NCBI GenBank assembly: GCA_951406725.2
Contig: OX597820.1
Location: forward strand, 64,604,001 to 64,668,000
Source of the DNA: Octopus vulgaris
Lineage: Eukaryota
Reading direction: 5' to 3'
Length of the DNA stretch: 64,000 bases
The notes beneath the pieces were generated by a model. The model saw only the letters and a list, made by a program, of their open reading frames with translations, was not told the origin of the DNA and made no database searches. Each line of letters opens with the position of its first letter. Position 1 is the first letter of the stretch. Below are positions 28,133 through 40,952 of the stretch, piece by piece. A program made the translations under genes and the position numbers.

Positions 28133-28580
28133 ATGTGAGGTATACTTGCCATCTCAATATGGCTAACCACTAAGGGTGGGTGTTACTGTAGCTTTTAGCC
28201 CAAGGAGAACATCGCCTCCAGCTGGCTTTAGGCACACTTTCTGTGTCCTTATGGTATTTGCAAAGGGAGGTCACCCTTCCCTCGTCAACCTAAGTGATAC
28301 GCACGGACTGCAGTTTCTAGGTGATTGTCGTGCGCTGATGACAGGTCAAAACCTAGAAACTGCAGTCCGTGAGTATCACTTAGGTTGACGAGGGAAGGGT
28401 GACCTGCCTTTGCAAATACCATAAGGGCACAGAAAGTTTGCCTAAAGCCAGCAGGAGACGATGTTCTCCTGGGGCTACAAACTACAGTAACACCCACCCT
28501 TATTGGTTAGCCATATTGAGATGACAGGTATACCTCATATTGTCGGGCAGTTACTGTTTATACCTCGTTCAGAGATTTAT
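28133..28580 (+). mobile_element. Non-autonomous palindromic element with apical hammerhead ribozyme, 40-nt tail and 12-bp target-site duplication
   Basis: Arms 28136-28322 and 28351-28537 (12 mismatches in ~187 nt), 28-nt loop, tail 28541-28580, direct repeats TATGTAATGGCT at 28121-28132 and 28581-28592. Confidence 0.9.
28331..28371 (+). ncRNA. Minimal type-I hammerhead ribozyme (Penelope-type)
   Basis: tgcg-CTGATGA-c-aggt-caaa-acct-a-GAAA-CTGCAG-TC-cgtg: intact core, stem II aggt/acct, palindromic stem III CTGCAG, GUC triplet with predicted cut after 28367, short stem I tgcg/cgtg. Confidence 0.8.
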
Positions 28581-29616
28581 TATGTAATGGCTGATTTCTC
28601 AGAAAGCATATTCTGCTCCTCATCTATTTTCTTGAACACATTTCTACACTGACAACTTTTGAACATCATGTACGATATTTGAGTTTCAAAACATTGATTC
28701 GGTGGGTGGAAGTTACAGATTGCTGACGGTTATGTATTCTTTCTATGCTACGTTGCAGACGACAGTGTACTGACGTTGCCTGAGTGCTTTTACATCATTT
28801 TTGATGATCCACCTCACCAAGGTACCGATATAGACCTCTTCTCTTATACCTATTAAAGCTTTCTTTCTACAACTCCTTTGACTCCATGGGAAGCATAGTG
28901 TGCTAAAAAGAGAACGCCATCTGTTTCGCTCTTTGGTAATGGATTGCAGGTATATTCAAGTTTGACCACCAGTCACAGGTCCTTTCTAGATTCCTTGCAT
29001 TACTTCATACCAAATCTCTGAGGACTACATCCCCTTATCAGGACCTGTTTCTTATTTCTTGTTGATACTGCTGGTCTGCTAACCATAATCTACAGAACTC
29101 TTTTTCTCTCAGACAAACGTGGGAACGACTACGGCAAAATTGACACGAGATTTGCTTACGCATTTTGTAGATGTGTGCCGTTGCTTCTATTATAATTTAA
29201 TTTCAGCGAATTCCTTACCGTTTAATAAATAGGGTACCGATTGGCGATAGCTGGAAGCCTTTTCATGAAAATTCACAATTTTGGCTCTGATAGCAGCAGA
29301 AATGGTAACTGTAGACATGTTCATAACTTTCAGAGAAGATTAAATTTGAGAGAAGACAAACAAAATACTGGTTAATATAGGACGACTATCATTTCTATCG
29401 GATTGTTGAAAATTATGCATCTAAAGCACAGGTTTCCTGTTTATTGCCGTTCCATTATTCCTAATTAATACAAAAACGGTATTAACCTTCGAAATGTGTT
29501 ATGAAAGATAAATAAATGAAGGCTAATAATTGCATATAAATATGTTTGTGTTGGTGTATGCGTCCGAGGTGCCTGTGAGTGAATGTGTATTTGTGTGTGT
29601 GTGAATAAATATATAG

Positions 29617-29659
<43 letters not shown>

Positions 29660-29693
29660 CACACACACACATATAGAGGTGAATGAATATATG

Positions 29694-29735
<42 letters not shown>

Positions 29736-29776
29736 TATATATATACATACATACATATATATATATACACACACAC

Positions 29777-29809
<33 letters not shown>

Positions 29810-29820
29810 TACACACACAC

Positions 29821-29903
<83 letters not shown>

Positions 29904-30559
29904 CATATATATATATACCTACATGTACTTTTATAAACGTATACACATTCAGTCACATACATGCATGCTTGTGTATATGTGTAGTACATATACATGAATT
30001 AATCGCTCTATTTATTTATCTATCTATGTAGATGGATAGACAGACATTGATAGATAGAGAGTTAGATAGAGAGAGAGATATGATACATACATGCATGCAT
30101 ACATAACAAATCGCCTCATCATTTCATTTAAGCATTTCATAGTAAATACAAAACAGTTATCTCAAATTTCTGGGAACTTTCCATTCGTGTGTACGTATAT
30201 ATATCTGTGTGTATGTGTGGTACGTACTAGTGTATACATCACTAAATCTGAAAATGCTTATATTTCCTGCAATGGGTTTATCTCCACATTACACAACAAA
30301 TCAATGAATCGAAAATGTAATAACTTATATTTGAAATGAGAACAGACTTTACCTTTTGAATTTCAATGTATTTGTCCCAGTACAAATATTTAAACTCCGA
30401 ATATTAGATTTAAGCCCGGTAATAAATGCTGGCTAACCTGATCCAATAAACTACCGCTATAATAATATCAACAACAACAATAACAACCATCAACAACAAC
30501 AACAACAACAACAATAATAATAATAATAATAACAATAATAATGATGATGATTTCCAATT

Positions 30560-30673
30560 ATTCCGCAAGGGTAGCAATTTGTTGTGGGGATGAGTCGATG
30601 ACATCGGAATCATTTTCAACTTGTACTTCTTTTATCGACCCCGAGAGGATGAAAGGCAAAGGCGATCTCGACG

Positions 30674-30727
<54 letters not shown>

Positions 30728-30940
30728 TAATAATAATAATAATCCTTAAGTAATATAGTCATAAGGCATGAAATTTGCCGGGAGTGGGTAAGTCGATCAC
30801 ATCGACCCTAGAATTCAACTGATACTTAATTTATCGAATCTGAAAGTATGAACGGTTAAGTCGACCTCGGTGACATTTGAACACACAGGAAGACGGATGA
30901 AATGTCTCTAAGCCTGACGCGGTAATGATTCAGTCAGCAC
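30560..30940 (-). mobile_element. Two SINE family A fragments separated by (AAT)n
   Basis: ttatcgaccccgagaggatgaaaggcaaaggcgatctcg and gtcgacctcggtgacatttgaac. Confidence 0.75.
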
Positions 30941-30941
30941 T

Positions 30942-31008
<67 letters not shown>

Positions 31009-31040
31009 TGTAGTTGTAGTAGTAGTAGTGGTAGTAGTAG

Positions 31041-31360
31041 TTAAGGTGGAAACATGTCAAAAATGGAACTTGTAAAACTGTCGAAATATAGGGACTTTGA
31101 GATTGAGATATATAGGAGGTGGCAATTAAACTTCAAAACCATCCATGTTGTTGTGGGTGCCCTGGGAATGATCGTAGTGACACATTTTTGACCAGATCCT
31201 TGTGAAACCGAAAATGTATGAAACTCAAAAACTCGTATTGACGTCAACCGCCCACATTCTCAGGAAGTTTCTCTTCCACGTAACAGATACGTGCCTAAGG
31301 TCTATGATTGTGACCCGTTCAGAAGATATAATTTAAAATGCAAATCAATCAGAAAATAGT
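31041..31360 (+). mobile_element. R4/Dong-type non-LTR retrotransposon 3' end (restriction-like endonuclease C-terminus)
   Basis: NMSKMELVKLSKYRDFEIEIYRRWQLNFKTIHVVVGALGMIV resembles EKxxKYxDLxxEIxRxW..VPVVVGALG; flanked by (TAG)n and (GAT)n. Confidence 0.75.
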
Positions 31361-31370
31361 AATAATCATA

Positions 31371-31415
<45 letters not shown>

Positions 31416-32174
31416 GTGATTATGATGACTGTCATTCGACCCGAGAAAGACGGTTTGTGTAACTTCTTGCTAAACAACCTGCGCATGTAATTTGTTTATC
31501 GTGATGAAATATTTCTTGTACGTTATTTCACTCTGTTTATCAAGGCAACATTTCCTGAAGAGGTGAACGGTGTACCACACGTCAAATGTCGAAGTCTTCG
31601 CAGAGCAATGTGAGATGAAATGCTTTACTCAAGAACACAACGCTCCGAGCGATGGCTCTATCGTGTGCACAACACACTAACCACCTAGCCGTGCACCGCC
31701 AAACAGCGTTCATACCCTATGTTTATTAAAGAGATATAGCTCTGAAAAATCTCTTAAATTATTTGCTATTTATACATATCCGTCAGTCGTTGTTGAATAT
31801 GATTTAGTAGTATATACTGTCGCTTTGCTAATTGTATTAGCTGGTTATATAGTTGCGAAAGAAGCATAAACATTCATTCATTGCTGAAGTAAGAGAGGGT
31901 TCTACCAACACTTGACTGCTATTCATCTTAATTTCAAGAGCAACCTAAAATAAAGACTTTTGCGGAAGGACACAATGCACCGTTCGTCGATATATCGAAA
32001 CTACGATCCGACAACTGGGAGTCCATCCCTATTACCACTAGGCCAGGCACTTTCACATGCTCCATTACACACTTTAAATAAAAGAAACGTCGTATTGGAC
32101 AATTTATTGTTGAAAAGATTATATCATATTATATCAAATACTGAATGGCCATAGCGGGAATATTTAAAATAATA

Positions 32175-32585
32175 TTCTTTTCTGCTCTATGCACAAGAGC
32201 CCGAAATTTTGGGGAAGGGGGGCAGTCGATTAGATGGACCCCTGTACGCAACTGGTACTTAATTTATCGACCCCGAAAGGATGAAAGGCAAAGTTAACCT
32301 CGGCGGAATTTGAACTCAGGACGTAAAGACAGACGTAATACCATAAGCGTTTCGCCCAGCATACTAACGTTTCTTATTTCTTTATTGCCCACAAGGGGCT
32401 AAACATAGAGGGGATTAAGTCGATTAAATCGACCCCAGTGCGTAACTGGTGCTTAATTTATTGAGCCCGAAAGAATGAAATACAATGTCGACGTCGGCGG
32501 AATTTGAACTCAGAACGTAACGGCAGACGAAACACTGCTAAACATTTCGCCCGCTGTGCTAACCTTTCTGCCAGCTCACCGCCCT
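32175..32585 (-). mobile_element. SINE family A, dimeric form
   Basis: Two reverse-complement cores ggcggaatttgaactcag; head ctgccagctcaccgcc at the right end. Confidence 0.9.
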
Positions 32586-32729
32586 AATGTACTAAATCAC
32601 ATTCATCTGATTTAGAGCTGATTCGGCGTTAAACAATAAGAATAACAGCTTTTATCTAAACATGATAGAAATAATGAATAAATTTCTCTCGCATCCCTCT
32701 GATTTTCAGGAACAGCTGTTATACCGAGT

Positions 32730-33056
32730 GAAAGCGCATGGCTCAGTGTTTAGAAAGCGTATGGCTCAGTGTTTAAAATAGTGAGTTCAATTCTCGGACT
32801 GAGCTGTGAGTTGTGTCCTTGAGCAAGACACTTTATTATTTCACGTTGCTCCATATCTACGACGACACTGGTGCCTAGCTGTATCGTCTTTTGTCTTTTC
32901 CTTGGATAAAATCGGTGGGGTGGAGAGGGTAGGCTGGTATGCATAGGTGATTTCTGGTCTTCTATAAAAAAACCTTGCACGGACATGTGCCTCGGAGGAG
33001 AACTTTCTAGGTGCAATTCCATGGTCATTCATGACGAAAGGGTATGTTTACCCTTT
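32730..33056 (+). mobile_element. SINE family C, near full length, with duplicated head
   Basis: gaaagcgcatggctcagtgttta occurs twice, then gagttcaattctc, gtgtccttgagcaagacac, ggtgcaattccatggtcattcatgacgaaag. Confidence 0.85.
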
Positions 33057-34224
33057 ACACCGTTATACCAGATAGACTCAGGCGTAGTTGCGTGTTAAAA
33101 AGCGCGCTTTGAAAACACGTGTATTTGTGTTCGGTTCCACTGCGAAGAACATTTTGCAAGTGTCTTCTACCACAGCCCCGGGTCAAACAATTCCTTTTAT
33201 ATGAATTTGCGTACAGCTTGGTGAGGGGATATGGGTTCGTTCAGCTAAGCCCGTCAAGGTGGTGCCCAAGCTCACTCGCTAACCAATGTGTGAAGCAAAT
33301 AGAAGACAAAAGAAATATATTCCTATGTGCAGTTTTGGTTGAAGTGACATTCAGGACAGGTGAGGTTTGAAGTGCGTTAAGTAACTATAGCAACATATGA
33401 AAGAACACCCACAAAATTATTTGAAATGAAAGAAAGAGCAGCCAGCTTTCTCTAACACATTTCATTATAGAATGAGGGCGCATCTAGTTTATATCGCAGG
33501 AAAAATGAAAACTTAAATATAAGAATAATTGTTTTAAATGTTAACTAAGTTAAACTGAAAAATCAAGATGCACAAAAGACAAAGGTCTGCTTCACTCAGG
33601 TTGGCCGTGGGTTAAACTACATCGCCAGTACAACCAATACTGTAGCTTTATGAAATTTATCTTCACTGTTGTGGTTCAAATTTCCAGTCCAGAGAAAATT
33701 ACATAAATGCTAAAAATAGCAGTCAAATTTCCATAAAATCAAAAATTAATATTCAAATTTTATACACTTTTCCTGAAACACTCACACTGCAAAACTAAGT
33801 AAATAAGTAACCATATATGAATAAATTACAGCTAAACCAAACAAACAGAAGAACATACTTGAGGATAGAGTCCGAGATATACAGTGTCTAGAAGTATGCA
33901 CTCGCTAAATATGTTATAGTACTTGAGGGAAATGAGTTCATAATGGATCTGGCATGAGATAGTTCTATGTTTTCCCTGGGGGAAATAATGCATTGTGGTA
34001 CGGTTTTAAAATTACGTCACTCATTTTCTTGTCTTATAGTTTTACCCCTGTTGCGCTTTATAATTGGTGTATAAATTAAGCAACAGAAAAAAACTATACG
34101 TTAATACATCAACTATCTCGAGTGTCACGTTCAAAAACGCCCTGCGATAGTTGAAAATCCGCGAAGTAGAAGCAGTACTGTACTGTATTATTATTATTTA
34201 TTATTATAATTTGCACACACACGC

Positions 34225-34290
<66 letters not shown>

Positions 34291-34339
34291 TTATATATCT
34301 ATTATAAAATGCAAAACAGCTTCTCAGCTTCGGGCAGCC

Positions 34340-34728
34340 AATGTTTCTCCGTAGGGCGGAGAAACATTGGCCGCCCGAAGCTGAGGTACAGGGACTGTGC
34401 AGGAGCGATAGGAAGGGACTTGGCATCAACACCAATTCCTGGCAGGATCTCGCAGCCGACTGAACCAGCTGGAGAGGCACTCTTCACAAACAACTACAGA
34501 CCGAAGAGAATTTCAGGGTGGCAGCAGCTGACAACCGAGCCAACAGAATAGAAATGACAGCCAACAGACCAGATTCAACGTATAGGTGTGACCTCTGCAA
34601 ATGTGACAGCCACTCTCGCACCGGTTTCTACAGCCACAGGAGGCGTTGCAAAAACTGAATAGACAACTCAACGGACGGATGACATCATCCATGGTCAGCC
34701 ATGACCGACGGAGGCCTAAGAGAAGAGA
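34340..34728 (+). mobile_element. RTE-clade LINE 3' end with C2H2 zinc knuckle
   Basis: GRRNIGRPKLRYRD...LGINTNSWQDLAAD..WRGTLHKQL...YRCDLCKCDSHSRTGFYSHRRRC*; short 3' UTR ending catggtcagccatgaccgacggaggcct(aagag)n. Confidence 0.85.
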
Positions 34729-34854
34729 AATGCAAAGCAACACCACGGAGGAATTGACGTAAGCAAACATAATAAACCGCAATAGATGAACCGTGATATG
34801 TGAACCACAATAAGGCGAGGGATTACTGCAACAGATTTTCATTGATATAATCCT

Positions 34855-35065
34855 TTCTGCAACAGGCACAAGGCCCGAAATTTAGGGGAGGGGGATAATC
34901 GATTACATCGACACCAGTGTTTTATTGCTACTTAATTTAGTGACCCCGAAAGGATGAAATACAAAGTCGACCTAGGCGGAATTTGAACTCACAATATTGT
35001 GACAGGCGCAATACCATTAAGCACTTCGTTTAGCGTGCTGACGACTCTGCTAGCTCGCTGCCTTG
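34855..35065 (-). mobile_element. SINE family A, monomer
   Basis: gaccccgaaaggatgaaatacaaagtcgacctaggcggaatttgaactc...tgctagctcgctgcc. Confidence 0.85.
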
Positions 35066-35430
35066 ATTTTCATGGATATAATGCCTTCAGATTGTGCCTG
35101 ATGGTAAATAGCATTACAACTATTTCTATGTTACTCGAGACGAATGAATGTTTACAGTATTGGCCTGAGTAAAAGTACATTTTATTTAATTCGGAGTCTC
35201 TGTGATCTACTACTGATACTATAACATAAATTATGCAGTTATATACGTAATCCTGTTCATAGTTGTACTATTTTCAAAACACACACACACAAACACATAC
35301 ACGCACAGAGACATTAAAAGTATTACTAGTAACCTAAATAGAGAATACGAAAAACGGAATTGTCTGAAGTAGTTGAAAAAGAAAAAAGTAAATACACAAA
35401 GATTTCGAAACAGAAATACACAAACACCCA

Positions 35431-35474
<44 letters not shown>

Positions 35475-35568
35475 GATATGAATATATATATACATATATG
35501 TATAGACATATGTATGTTTATATATATATATATATATTCATATATATGTGTATGCATGTATATATATA

Positions 35569-35617
<49 letters not shown>

Positions 35618-35743
35618 ATGTATATATGGTTGTACATTTTGTATGTATCCATGCATGCATCGGTATTTGGTTAGTGTTTGATTTTGGATACAAAATATGT
35701 GTGTTTGTATTTGTGTGTATGTGTGTGTATGTATGTATATATT

Positions 35744-35786
<43 letters not shown>

Positions 35787-36867
35787 GTATGTCACCTTGT
35801 TTTATTTTGTTTGCATGTATTCTTAATGCCAGATTTGAATCGTATCTGTATTTCCCAAAACGATGACCGTATGTTTAAATGGTCCTATAAGGATAGTTTG
35901 TACTTTTTTATTATCTAATATCTAAGGAATGTTTTGATTCGAGTTATTTGTAAAAACATCGTAGGAAAACATTGTCGCTAGAAGATTCTAAGATAAGCTA
36001 AATGCATGTCGCAACATACACACGAAAAAACATCAAATAAATGTTAAACCGAAATATATCCACGGTTGGTACACGTTATCTTTAAACACAGAGTAACCAA
36101 GAATCTGGATGCATAAATGCCTATTCTTATTTATATCACTGAACTCCACCAAAAATAATATTTTATAGGGAAGAGGAAGAATTTGCAATAAACTGAAACT
36201 TCTATATAGCCATAGTGTTCCCGGAGTGGATTTTTGTATTGATAATAGTTTGACATGTTAATAATCCAAAGTTTCATATCCAGTGAAAAAAACTCAAAAT
36301 GGATGCTCTATCCGCCAGAAATAGCTACCAAATATTCATCGGATCCTTCCATGTTCAGAAACTGTAAAAATCAAGAAATGACATATTGGCTGAAATAATT
36401 CATGCACCCTGTCTCTTATTCCTCTGAAATGGATTTCAAAAACACTGTGAATATGGTTCAAAGGCACCGTCAGTAAATTCTCTAAAAAATTGTACATTTA
36501 GAGCCTGAGATGATTTTTTTTTATAAATAGAAGTATAATTGAAACCTTCCATCACATATTCCATATATCATTCACAAATATATTAAGAGGTACAACAAAA
36601 CTGAAAGTATTCTTTTGATTTGATTTGGTTCCTTTTTATAGCAGTAGGGTGCATTATGAGTAATATTTCACTGTTATTTCTAGCGGAAGGCGTGAACATG
36701 GTGAAACCTCTTCATTGGCTCAATAATAGCGGAGTATATCGAATTGATGAAATATTTGTCCATGGTACATGAGCATTAGTTACCTAGATTCCTAATAAAA
36801 CTAATCTGGGCAACAAAACAACGACACCTTTTTACAGATAGATAGAAATAGACAGAAAGACAGGCAT

Positions 36868-36957
<90 letters not shown>

Positions 36958-36970
36958 TGATTGATTGATT
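36868..36970. repeat. (GATA)n microsatellite
   Basis: Direct inspection. Confidence 0.95.
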
Positions 36971-37629
36971 CACGACTAGATAGACAGAATAGTGGCTATG
37001 AATGTGTATTCGCTGTATACACACCTAACAAGTCTATTATTTTATCATTCTATGGAGAATTATCGATTATTGGTTGATAGGTGATTCTGTTAGCGATGGT
37101 GAGAAGAGAAAACATTGGAAATGCAATAAATGCTTTCAAATGAATTAACAAGGTAGAATGGTTGGCACAGAGGAATATCAAACAGCATAGCTGTTGAACT
37201 CTTCAACAGAAATGTCGAGTTACATCATCACACTTGTGGATATATAAAGGAATACAAAAATATAAATAGACACGGTCGCATACAAAACACTCTTATGTAT
37301 GCTCACATAGGTATATGCATACAAATGTGTGTGTATACATATATATAAATATGTATGTGTGTGTGTGTATGTATGTATATATATTTATGTACAGATATAT
37401 ATGTGTCTGTGTGTCTATATGTGAAGTACATATTTATAATTACACATATATGTCAACTCAATATGGAGATATAAAAAATTACTGACGCATATATAGCTAC
37501 ACATACAAAGAAACACACACTCGCACACGTATATATTTATGTATAATTACATACATTTATATACCAAATGCGCATGCAGATGTATGTATATGAATCAATG
37601 TACTTACACACCATACATACATATATATG

Positions 37630-37672
<43 letters not shown>

Positions 37673-37775
37673 GGGTATGTATAGATACACATTTATATAT
37701 ATATATATGCATATAGATGTACATATGCGTACATATATATATATATATATATGTATATAACAGACACAACACACG

Positions 37776-37811
<36 letters not shown>

Positions 37812-38175
37812 TATATATTCATATATATACAAAAAGAGAAACAGATAGAGTTATTGTGTATGGAACACATTAACACTTAACCACAAAGAGGCGTGCATAA
37901 AATTTAGTCCAGCATCATACCCTTAGGAAGGGCGAATTAGAACAAATTAAGAGATATGCTTTAATCTCATCATCAGCATATCAATAGTTAATCTCAATTG
38001 AATATATTCATGTGTCCAGGGTAGAAAGCTGGCTACTGTTACGAGATAATGGTACTTTGAAAGATAATTTATGACGCCTGAAAAATGCTGAGTGTAGTAA
38101 ACGTTAGTATTTTAGTAGCGTTATAACTAATGTCTCTGGCAAGGATCTGCCGCAATAAACGCGTCTGAATGAATG

Positions 38176-38219
<44 letters not shown>

Positions 38220-38271
38220 TGTAATGTGTAGATATGTATTAAATTCTGCATGCAAGTATGCATGTGTATAC

Positions 38272-38325
<54 letters not shown>

Positions 38326-38699
38326 GTATGTATGTATGTATGCACACTCACACAGACGCGCAATTCTTTTTTCTTGGGTGTATGTGATCGTGAATATGCT
38401 GATTAGATGTAATGTATTCGGTTGGCCAAAAGGAATGGACAAAATGGTTTGAGACATTTGTTCCGGTTCGTTATATTAAGAGCTCAAATCCTGCCGAAAG
38501 TAACTATGCTCTCCAACGCTTCGCGCTCCAGAGGATAAAGCATCAATTCTGAACTGAGATTGACGGTGTCCCCCGACACACCTCCGCTCATAACTTCTGG
38601 ACTTATATCTAAGTTAGAAATAATTATCATTGTTGTTGTTATTGATGTAGTACTCGTGATGTTAATTGGGATAATATATCTAAAAATAATCATATACAT

Positions 38700-39115
38700 A
38701 TGGAGTGGTTGAGTGGTAAGTAGCTTGGTTACCAACCGTATCGTTCCGGGTTCAGCCCCACTGCGTGACACCTTGGGCAAGTGTTTACTACTTTAGCCTC
38801 GGGCCGACCAAAGCCTTCTGAGTGGATTTGATACACGGAAACTGAAATAAACCCGTATATATGTGTGTGTGGGTGTGTGTGTGTGTATATATATGTATGT
38901 GTGTGTGTGTCTGCCCCCCCCCCCCCCAGCATCACTTGACAACCGATGCTGGTGTGTTTATGTCCCTGTAACTTAGCAGTTTAGCAAAAGCGACCGATAT
39001 AATATGTACTACGCTTACAAAGAATAAGTCCTGGGATCGACTTGCTCGACTAACAGGCGGTGCTCCAGCATGGCCGCAGTCACATGACTGAAAGACGTAA
39101 AAGAGAGTAAAGAGT
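38700..39115 (+). mobile_element. SINE family B, full length, internal (TG)n
   Basis: ggagtggttgagtggtaagtagc...ccgggttcagccccactgcgtgacaccttgggcaagtg (CORE-like)...ggcggtgctccagcatggccgcagtc...(gtaaaagag)n tail. Confidence 0.9.
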
Positions 39116-39172
39116 ATATTTACATACATACATACACACAAACATGCAGACACACATATATAGATAAAAATG

Positions 39173-39309
39173 AAAATAAGCAACAGGATATCAAGTAGTG
39201 ATGCAGTGCGACCGTTTCAAGCGGCTTCATTTAATTCAACAATGATGTCATTACATCAATTTAAATGGTTGTACTGCATCCCTAATTGATATATCCTGTT
39301 GCTTATTTT
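39173..39309. repeat. Imperfect inverted repeat (~45-bp arms)
   Basis: aaaataagcaacaggatatcaagtagtgatgcagtgcgaccgttt versus aaatggttgtactgcatccctaattgatatatcctgttgcttatttt. Confidence 0.8.
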
Positions 39310-40501
39310 GATATTATTCACCTAACTTCGAGCTACACAGATAATACCAGACTGACTTGGTGCTTCAACTTAAGTACCTAATTCAACAGAAACTCAATTA
39401 TTTCTTGTGTGTGTGTGTGTGTATGTGCGTGTGTGTGTGTGCGTGTGTGTGTGTGTGTGTGTGTATGTGTGTGTGTGTGCAGGCGTGTCTGTGTGATAAG
39501 AAGCTTTCTTTACGAGCACATAGTTCTGGGTGCAGTCCGACTATATTGCCTTTTGCGGAAGTGTCAGCTACTATAACCTTGCATCGACCAAAGTTTTGTG
39601 AGTGGATTTGTGGATTTAGACCCCACCACCACCACCACCACCTCACAACCTCTGTTAGTGTGTTAACATCTCCCTCGTTAAGCAGTTTGTGAAATGTTTT
39701 CGAGAGAATCAGCAGAAGGCTTTTAAAAATTATTGTGGACGAATCATTCGGCTGAAAATTCTACAAAGGCAGTGTAATGATTGAAACAAGTAATATATAA
39801 GAGATATTTCATGTGATTACTCGCTTTACTATTCATATATTCACACACATATATATTCATACGTACGCATACTCACTACTAGAATTGCTTTAATAACTAC
39901 ATTATCGTATCGGTCTTCACATACGAACAATAAGAATTTGAATGTACTTATCCTTTTCTTATATAGACGAGTACATCATGTCTTCTCGTGTTGCAACCTG
40001 CGTATGGGTGAAAGTTTTTTTCTGTCGTATGCTGCTTCACGATCGCTAAGGGCGGCATTTGAAATGGGGAAGAACATCTACCAAGCCGACATCAAATCTG
40101 GACGACATTTTCAAAGGAAAGACCTACGTTCACGTTGCGACGTTGCAGAGCATGATCTTTGGAAATTTTCGCTGGTTGTCTGAGAAGAATTTCTGAAGTA
40201 GTAAACATGTGCGAATACTTTTATTTTGTTTCAGAAGGGAAATCGCAAAATTGATTCGTTTTGTCACAAAATCACCTACTGAGAGATAAGCTGCAATAAA
40301 ACCGATCCGCTGTAGGAAGCTGTATCATCGTATGAAACTTAAGTAATCTTTTTGAAATACCATAACAGGTGACGAAAAACGTGCTACATGACTTTACGGT
40401 TCAAAGAAAAGTTCATTGTTGTAGTGGGGTGACGCATTTTCTGTGTGACCTATATAAACATATCATAATCATACAAATATAGTAGCAGCAGCAGTAGCAG
40501 C

Positions 40502-40562
<61 letters not shown>

Positions 40563-40563
40563 T

Positions 40564-40899
40564 GAAGGCGCATGGCTCAGTGGTTAGAACGTCGAGCTTA
40601 CGATCGTGAGGTTGTGAGTTCGATTCCCTGACTGGGCTGCGTGTTATGTTCTTGAGCAAGGCACTATATTTCACGTTGTTCCGGTTAACTCAGCTGTAGA
40701 AATGAGTTGCGACATCACTGGTGCCAAGCTGAATCGGCCTTTGCCTTCCCTTTGAATAACATCAGTGGTGTGGAGGGGGGAGGCTGGTAAACCTGGGCGA
40801 CTGATGGCCTTCCGCAAAAAACCTTGCTCGAATTTGTGCCTCGAAGGGTAACTTTCTACGTGCAATCCCATGGTCATTCGTGACCGAAGGAGTTCTCCT
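40564..40899 (+). mobile_element. tRNA-derived SINE family C, full length, inserted in (TAG)n
   Basis: A box tggctcagtggttag, B box gagttcgattccc, then ttcttgagcaaggcac; (TAG)n on both sides. Confidence 0.9.
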
Positions 40900-40903
40900 C
40901 CTC

Positions 40904-40952
<49 letters not shown>

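Noticed and set aside
28176-28497. Two nearly identical 70-aa ORFs on opposite strands
   Set aside because: A by-product of the palindrome; GTG starts and no recognisable protein features
40564-40645. tRNA-like sequences with A and B boxes
   Set aside because: No closed acceptor stem; they continue into SINE bodies present in several copies
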